Source: Planctomycetaceae bacterium
Lineage (GTDB): Bacteria; Planctomycetota; Planctomycetia; Pirellulales; Thermoguttaceae
Reading direction: 5' to 3'
Length of the DNA stretch: 28,507 nt
Assembly (NCBI GenBank): GCA_003532715.1
Contig: DOEZ01000087.1
Coordinates: 1 to 28,507, forward strand
Shown here: in pieces, positions 23,752 to 28,507 of the stretch
Layout: every line of letters starts with the position of its first letter
Numbering within the stretch: the first letter of the stretch is position 1
Program-made: the position numbers and the translations under genes
Notes under the pieces: model-generated
The model's database searches: none
Told to the model about the DNA's origin: nothing
What the model saw: only the letters and a program-made list of their open reading frames with translations

Positions 23752-26700
23752 CGAAGTCGTGGAGCTGGCGCCTTCCTGGACGGGCGGATCGATGTAGCGC
23801 GAGTAGATCGCCGGCATTTGGATGGTGGTCGGGATGGGCGTCTGGTCCGTGGCGTCCGGGGGAGGCAGCACGAACGTATCGACCGAAGTGCTCACGCCCG
23901 CCCAAACCACCACGTAGTGTCCGTTGGCGTCCATCGACACGGCCGAGCCGTATTGGTCGCCCACCGTCTCGGCGTTCACGCGGAACTCGCCGACCGGCGT
24001 CGGTCCGACGCCCGGATGAATGAAGTCGGTTCCGTCCGAGTTATACATGCGGGCGCAAATACAGTAGTCGCGGTGATTGGTTTCGTCGGGCAGCGAATCC
24101 TGATTGAACGACGTCCAAGTGACGACGAAGCCGAAGTCTTCATCCTCCACGACGGTCGATGTCATGGCGACGTCCGGCTGGAACTGGTCGTGGATCACGG
24201 TTTCATTCACGAGGAACTCGCCGCCCACGGTGGTTCCATCGGCCTTGTAGATCTGGCCGTAGACGCCGTAGCCGCTGCCGTCCTGCGAGCTTGCCCAGAC
24301 GATCACGAAGTTGCCCTGGCGATCCATGGCCACGGCGGGGCTGTCCTGATCGCCCGTTCGATAGGTGTTGACGCGGACCTCGGTTCCTCGGCGAGCCCCG
24401 GCACTGTCGAACCGCTGCGCGTAGACGCCCACGCCGTTGATGTCGTGCTCACTTTGCCAGGTGACGACGAAGTTGCCCAGTCCGTCCATCGCAACGCCCG
24501 AATTGCCCTGGGCGCCAACGGTGGTGGTCTTGTTGACGAGGAACTCGTCGCCTTGGGCCGAGCCGTTGGCGCGGTACATTCTCGCGTAGACGCCGTCCTG
24601 GCTTCCGTCCTGGCCGAAACTGGTCCAGGAGACGACGAAATCGCCGTTATTGGGATTCATCGCCACGGCCGGCTCGTCTTGCTCCGTGTTGACCCCGTAG
24701 ATACCGCTCGTGGTGAACTGGCTGATGCGGAACTGCCCGCCAAGCTTCATTCCGTCGGCGTCGAACCGTTGTCCGAAGACGCCCGTTTCGTCACCCAGGT
24801 CGAAGCCGTCGCCCGACCACACGACCACGAAGTTGCCGGCATCGTCGATGGCCACGGCCGGTTCGGTCTGGACTCCGATGGTCAAGGTGTTAACCAGAAT
24901 CCGTTCTCCCCACTCGCGACCGTCGGAATGGAATCGTTGGGCCACGATGTTGGCTTCGAAAGCCGGATCGGCCACGAGGATCGGCAAGGTTGCCGGGTCG
25001 ACATTCGGGTCCAAAGGAATGTTCGTCGCATCCACCACTTCGGTATACTCGACCCATACGACGACATAGTCGCCGTGCGCGTTGCGAGCGACGTCGGGCC
25101 CGTCCTGATAGTCGATCTGGGCAAGGTTGTCCTGTCCGACGATCGTGCTCGTTCCGCCGACCAACTGGTCAAGGTCGTTCGCGCTGGGGTCGCCGGGATA
25201 CGTGTTATTCACGGTAAACTGGAAGCCGAATCCGCCGGTGGGGCTGGTGATCGGATCGAGCGGAATCTCGTTGCCCGCCGCATCGTATTGCCGGCCCGTG
25301 CCGTAGGGTTGATAGCCGGTTCGCGCCAGCGCGTTGCCGGCCGCGTCATGGATGGCCGACCGCGCGACCAACGTGTACGTGCCGTTGCCGAGCGCCCCCT
25401 GGATTCCGTTCGGTCCGCTAAAGGTGACCGCGGCGACCCATTTATTCAGTGTCGCGTCGAAGTAGAAGGTGACATGGTGGATCGACGTCGATACTTCCTC
25501 GCCGCTGCCGTTGATCAGGGCCCAGTTGTTCACATTTTCGACGCTGTTCAAGCCCTCGCTGCCGCCCACGCCCGTATTGGCGGTGTTCAACTGCTCATCG
25601 AAAACGACCAACAGGGTCGTCGGATTGCCGAAGATATTGTCGCCCGGCCCGACCAGGGCCTTGTTGCCGTCGGCCAGTCGCAATTCGGTCGCATTAGGTC
25701 CGGCGTTGTCGGCGCTCTGTTCGTACCGACGCACGAAAATACCGTGCCGGTCGCCCACGCCGGCGCCGGCCCAGACGAGAACCACGTCTCCGTCGGGGGT
25801 CATCGCCACCGACGGGAACTGCTGGATGCCGCTCTCGGTCTCGTTTGCACGCTGCTGCGTGGTCGTCGGCGCCGAGTTCGTCCCGGCCGTCGCCGCATGG
25901 AACCATCGCCCGAACACGCCGGCGTCGTCCGTGTCGCCCACCAGTTCCGTGTTGAGCGTGTCGAGCGGATCGGGTTCGCAACCGTTGCCGTTCCAGAAAA
26001 TCACGAAGTCGCCGTCCGCATCCATCCCAATCGTCGGATTGACCTGGTCCTGGTCGAGATACTGCGTAACCTGATCGGTCAGCGGAATATTCTCGTCGGC
26101 CGTCACGACCGTATTGGCCTGCTGCGCCTCGTCGATTCGCGGAGCGCCGAACTCGTCAAACTGCCGGTAGTAGATGCCGTAGCTGTCCGGCGCGTCAGTG
26201 CCTCCAAGGTCATGGTCCTGATAGGCCTCGTACACGACGATGAACGCCCCCGAGTTGTCCATGGCCACTTGCGGGTTGCGGGCATTTCGGGCAAAGTCGT
26301 TGCCGCCGGCGGCTTCATCTAGAACGTCGTGGGTCGAATCGGGGCTGATTACTTCGCCCGTATTGACCTGAATGTCGCCGAGGGGCGCTCCGTCCACGTC
26401 GAGCGCCGGATTGTTGTCGGCGTCGAAGAGCCTCGCCAAAACATTCGAATCGGTCACGACACCGGACGTGCCGAGCACGGCTTGGTCCCACGTCACGGCT
26501 ACGTTGCCGTTGTCGTGGATGGCCACGCTCGGGTTTACCAGGAAACTGTCGACTCGCTCGGGTCCGTTGACGCCCGGCAAATCATCGACATTGACCCGGA
26601 ACTCATCCCCCATCGCCTCGCCGCGGAAATCGAACCGCTGCGCCAGGACGTTGTTGAAGTAACTGAAGTTCTGGCCCGCCGTTCCCCACACGACGATGTA

Positions 26701-28506
26701 GTTGCCGTAGCTGTCCATTGCCACCGCCGGGTTGAACTGCTCGCCGACGGTCGTCGTGTTGACCAAGGTCTCGATTTGCTCAATCGGCACAATCACGCCG
26801 TTGATGATCTCGGATCCCGTCCGGTTCCGGTACGGATCCTGGTCGATGCGCTGATCGCGGCTGTTGAGCACGCGCTCGCCGGTGGCCGTGAACCGTTGCG
26901 AATAGACGTCCAAGGTCCCGTCGGACGCTTCGCTTTCCCAAACCACGATGAAATCGCCGTCGGCGTCCATGGCCACGGCCGCGTTGCCCTGGTTGCCTTC
27001 GACCAGACGGTTGACCAAGAATTCGGAGGTCAACGGAACGTCGTTGCGGTTGTAGAGACGAGCGTAAACTCCCGTCCCGTTGGGGTCGTTCGGATCGTCC
27101 TTGCCGTAGCTGGTCCACACCACGACGTAGTCCCCGTCGTGATCGACCGCGACCGACATGGTGGTGACCTCGCGAGCGTAGCCGGTTCCCTTCGGTTCCG
27201 AAAGGACCTGCACCTCGGAAACACTCTGGTTGACTCGCCGCTCGGCCCCGAGTGCGTCCTCCGCTTGCGGAACGACGAACTCGAACTTGTATCCGCTGTA
27301 TCCGGTCGAATCGGACGACGTGCCCGCAATGCCATCGCGTTCGCCGTCGAGCTTATTGCCGTCGGTGTCCCTGACCAAATCGCGGATCGTAAGCACATAA
27401 CCGCCCGCGCTCAAACCGGGAACGCCGGAGGCCAGCCCGTTGCCGTCGAACGTAATCACCGCTTCGTAGCGATGCGTCACGTTGTTGTACTCGAACTCGA
27501 CGCTGCCGACGCCGCGATGGATCTCCGAACCGTTCTGTTCGAGAATCCAGTTATTCGGATTCAGAATGCTCTCGATGGCCGGAGCGCGCACGCCGCCCGC
27601 GACCGTCTCCATTTCCGAAAGCTCTTCGTCGAACACAATGACCAAACCGTCGAGTCCCACGCTCGCCACGCCGCCCTCGAACAAAGGAGTGAGGGAGCCG
27701 CCGACGCCCGGAACCAGCACGTCGGTCACGATCGGACCGGCAAGATCGGCCAGCAGTGGATATTCGACGCTGAAGAAGACGTCATAGGAGTCGGGAGTGG
27801 CGCTCTCGCCGGTCCATACGACGACGGCGTTGTTGTTCGCGTCGACGCCGACCGACGGCAGCCATTGCATTCCCTTGGTCGTTTGATTGACTCGGGTCTC
27901 GCCGCCGACCTTATTGACACCCACGTCGAACCGCTGGTAGAAGACGCCGTACTCCGACGTGTCTTGCTCGCGTGGCTGGCTGCCGTAGCCGCACCAGGCA
28001 ACGGTGAAATTGCCCGCGCTGTCCATGTCGACCGACGAGTAAAGCTGATTGCCCTCGACGGTCGTGTTGACCAGCGTCTCCAGCGAAGCAGCCGCGCTGC
28101 GGGTGAATTCAAGAGCCCATCCCCACAGACGCCCGCCGTCGGGATCATGGGCCTGATTCACGACGTTGCCGTTAATGTCGATGACGTCGTATTCGTCCGG
28201 ATCGTTTGGCGGATCGCGGTCTTCAATCCTCAGGAACCACGTTCCCTGCGCGTTCTGGCCGTCGAAGGCGGCTAGAGCCTGCTCGGGCACGAAGATCTCG
28301 TCAAACGGCGGCAGGCCAACGAGGATCGATTGACCCGCCTCGTCGTCGAGAATCGTTCCGGTGAAGTTGGCGCCGTTGCCCGTGCCTGGAGCGCCGACAC
28401 CGTCCTGGTCCCCCTGTCGCGGCACTTGGCCGAACAACTGGATTTCCGTCCCGTTGGGACTGATCAGATAGACGAACAGGTCGGACGGATCTTCGTGATC
28501 GATGGT
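22399..28506 (-). CDS. Giant repeat protein, 5'-truncated by the window edge (>2035 aa): P-domain, 16 propeller-like repeats (2+7+7), two Ig-like domains, C-terminal RTX-like repeat block
   Basis: The frame stays open from the window end (TIDHEDPSDLFVYLISPNGTEIQL...) to TAG at 22399-22401. The TTG at 28437 in the ORF track lies mid-P-domain and is not the real start. Confidence 0.93.
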   Translation of the reverse strand, partial: TIDHEDPSDLFVYLISPNGTEIQLFGQVPRQGDQDGVGAPGTGNGANFTGTILDDEAGQSILVGLPPFDEIFVPEQALAAFDGQNAQGTWFLRIEDRDPPNDPDEYDVIDINGNVVNQAHDPDGGRLWGWALEFTRSAAASLETLVNTTVEGNQLYSSVDMDSAGNFTVAWCGYGSQPREQDTSEYGVFYQRFDVGVNKVGGETRVNQTTKGMQWLPSVGVDANNNAVVVWTGESATPDSYDVFFSVEYPLLADLAGPIVTDVLVPGVGGSLTPLFEGGVASVGLDGLVIVFDEELSEMETVAGGVRAPAIESILNPNNWILEQNGSEIHRGVGSVEFEYNNVTHRYEAVITFDGNGLASGVPGLSAGGYVLTIRDLVRDTDGNKLDGERDGIAGTSSDSTGYSGYKFEFVVPQAEDALGAERRVNQSVSEVQVLSEPKGTGYAREVTTMSVAVDHDGDYVVVWTSYGKDDPNDPNGTGVYARLYNRNDVPLTSEFLVNRLVEGNQGNAAVAMDADGDFIVVWESEASDGTLDVYSQRFTATGERVLNSRDQRIDQDPYRNRTGSEIINGVIVPIEQIETLVNTTTVGEQFNPAVAMDSYGNYIVVWGTAGQNFSYFNNVLAQRFDFRGEAMGDEFRVNVDDLPGVNGPERVDSFLVNPSVAIHDNGNVAVTWDQAVLGTSGVVTDSNVLARLFDADNNPALDVDGAPLGDIQVNTGEVISPDSTHDVLDEAAGGNDFARNARNPQVAMDNSGAFIVVYEAYQDHDLGGTDAPDSYGIYYRQFDEFGAPRIDEAQQANTVVTADENIPLTDQVTQYLDQDQVNPTIGMDADGDFVIFWNGNGCEPDPLDTLNTELVGDTDDAGVFGRWFHAATAGTNSAPTTTQQRANETESGIQQFPSVAMTPDGDVVLVWAGAGVGDRHGIFVRRYEQSADNAGPNATELRLADGNKALVGPGDNIFGNPTTLLVVFDEQLNTANTGVGGSEGLNSVENVNNWALINGSGEEVSTSIHHVTFYFDATLNKWVAAVTFSGPNGIQGALGNGTYTLVARSAIHDAAGNALARTGYQPYGTGRQYDAAGNEIPLDPITSPTGGFGFQFTVNNTYPGDPSANDLDQLVGGTSTIVGQDNLAQIDYQDGPDVARNAHGDYVVVWVEYTEVVDATNIPLDPNVDPATLPILVADPAFEANIVAQRFHSDGREWGERILVNTLTIGVQTEPAVAIDDAGNFVVVWSGDGFDLGDETGVFGQRFDADGMKLGGQFRISQFTTSGIYGVNTEQDEPAVAMNPNNGDFVVSWTSFGQDGSQDGVYARMYRANGSAQGDEFLVNKTTTVGAQGNSGVAMDGLGNFVVTWQSEHDINGVGVYAQRFDSAGARRGTEVRVNTYRTGDQDSPAVAMDRQGNFVIVWASSQDGSGYGVYGQIYKADGTTVGGEFLVNETVIHDQFQPDVAMTSTVVEDEDFGFVVTWTSFNQDSLPDETNHRDYCICARMYNSDGTDFIHPGVGPTPVGEFRVNAETVGDQYGSAVSMDANGHYVVVWAGVSTSVDTFVLPPPDATDQTPIPTTIQMPAIYSRYIDPPVQEGASSTTSTELVLTGTSGNDVFEFVGGPVPGAWIVKLNGVVQSVPSTTATVRFDGLGGADTVVFTGSAADDSVELWPTRGVLSSIDYTVTVENVESITASGGGGNDAALLHDSAGDDTFTGRKAQTGLTGAGFSLAANAFETVEVRSEAGGYDQATLYDAAGDDAFTASHQSAALTDGDYTIVAKSFDNVKAFATAGGLDTVNFADSPGNDRFESTAGYVQLRDDQSTYYLYAEGFDGMVVASTAGGADTAKMYGSAGNDTFKADRTYAQFQGDGFYCRADGFSFVLAYGQGGTDTAQLYDSAGDDTFVAGPNYGALSGDGYKIQVDSFRYVTGYGSQGNDLAVLYDSAGDDTLLTAQNYAQLSSNAYSNRAHGFRQVNVFGREENGGYDQAVLYDSAMADHLDAADNWLRLSNDQFNYWACCFESVVAKSMQGGDDTKDVASELDFVLAMEGNWRDR
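23782..25176 (-). repeat. Seven repeats of ExxVN...Q..PxVAMDxxGxFVVxW...GV(Y/F)xQR(F/Y) (propeller B)
   Basis: Seven approx. 55-80 aa repeats counted in the translation. Confidence 0.7.
25207..25713 (-). other. Ig-like domain (SbsA/Big_5-like), paralogous to 27265-27753
   Basis: AGP...LLVVFDEQL...NVNNWALI...V.F...GTYTLV.....DAAGNAL pattern shared by both copies. Confidence 0.55.
25714..27252 (-). repeat. Seven repeats of the same VN...VAMD.DG.F.VVW family (propeller A)
   Basis: Seven repeats counted, several with long acidic loop insertions. Confidence 0.7.
27265..27753 (-). other. Ig-like domain (SbsA/Big_5-like)
   Basis: AGPIVTDV...LVIVFDEEL...NPNNWILE...GGYVLTIRDLVRDTDGNKLDG. Confidence 0.55.
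28090..28506 (-). other. Proprotein-convertase P-domain, C-terminal part
   Basis: IDHEDPSDLFVYLISPNGT...NFTGTILDDEA...PF...L..FDGQNAQGTWFLRIED...GRLWGWALEF. Confidence 0.8.
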
Positions 28507-28507
28507 C

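Noticed and set aside
2637-28275. Long plus-strand ORFs (e.g. 2637-4181, 4317-8396, 12387-14726, 14823-16520, 16749-17969, 18330-20591, 22477-26322, 26329-28275)
   Set aside because: They are codon-for-codon antisense shadows of the giant genes. High GC3 makes TTA/CTA/TCA rare on the coding strand, so antisense stops are rare. The translations are V/D/R/G-rich with no recognisable motifs.
28435-28437. TTG start of the 2012-aa ORF in the track
   Set aside because: The frame is open to the window edge and the upstream residues continue the P-domain, so the gene is 5'-truncated.
1-28507. CRISPR arrays, tRNA/rRNA, transposases, DGR or inversion systems
   Set aside because: All periodicity seen is protein-level repeat coding with diverged DNA. 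No constant-repeat/spacer pattern, RNA-gene signature, recombinase or reverse transcriptase was found.

Overview
GC-rich bacterial DNA (roughly 60-70% GC in sampled lines), almost entirely coding on the minus strand. It is most likely from Planctomycetota (Pirellulales-like), judging by an N-terminal planctomycete extracellular (LEPRxLL-type) motif, GEVED domains and a BBP7-like porin. Three co-oriented genes, in transcription order: (1) the 3' part (>2035 aa, runs off the right edge) of a giant repeat protein with a P-domain, 2+7+7 propeller-like repeats, two Ig-like domains and a C-terminal RTX-derived repeat block; (2) a complete 6795-aa extracellular multidomain protein with a kexin-like S8 protease plus P-domain, a zinc metzincin motif, beta-helix units, two 7-repeat FG-GAP blocks, NIDO, four GEVED, SdrD-B, Calx-beta, an 8-repeat propeller and the same C-terminal block; (3) a 439-aa signal-peptide-bearing outer-membrane beta-barrel. 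Main observations: many domains of the giant protein sit inside other domains; the S8+P segment has clearly lower GC3 than the rest of the gene; its S1-pocket acids and dibasic pro-site both appear replaced by non-charged residues; and both giants end in the same repeat block and terminal motif upstream of a barrel, suggesting a dedicated export or anchoring system. All family assignments come from motif recognition by eye, not database searches. No RNA genes, CRISPR arrays or mobile elements were seen.
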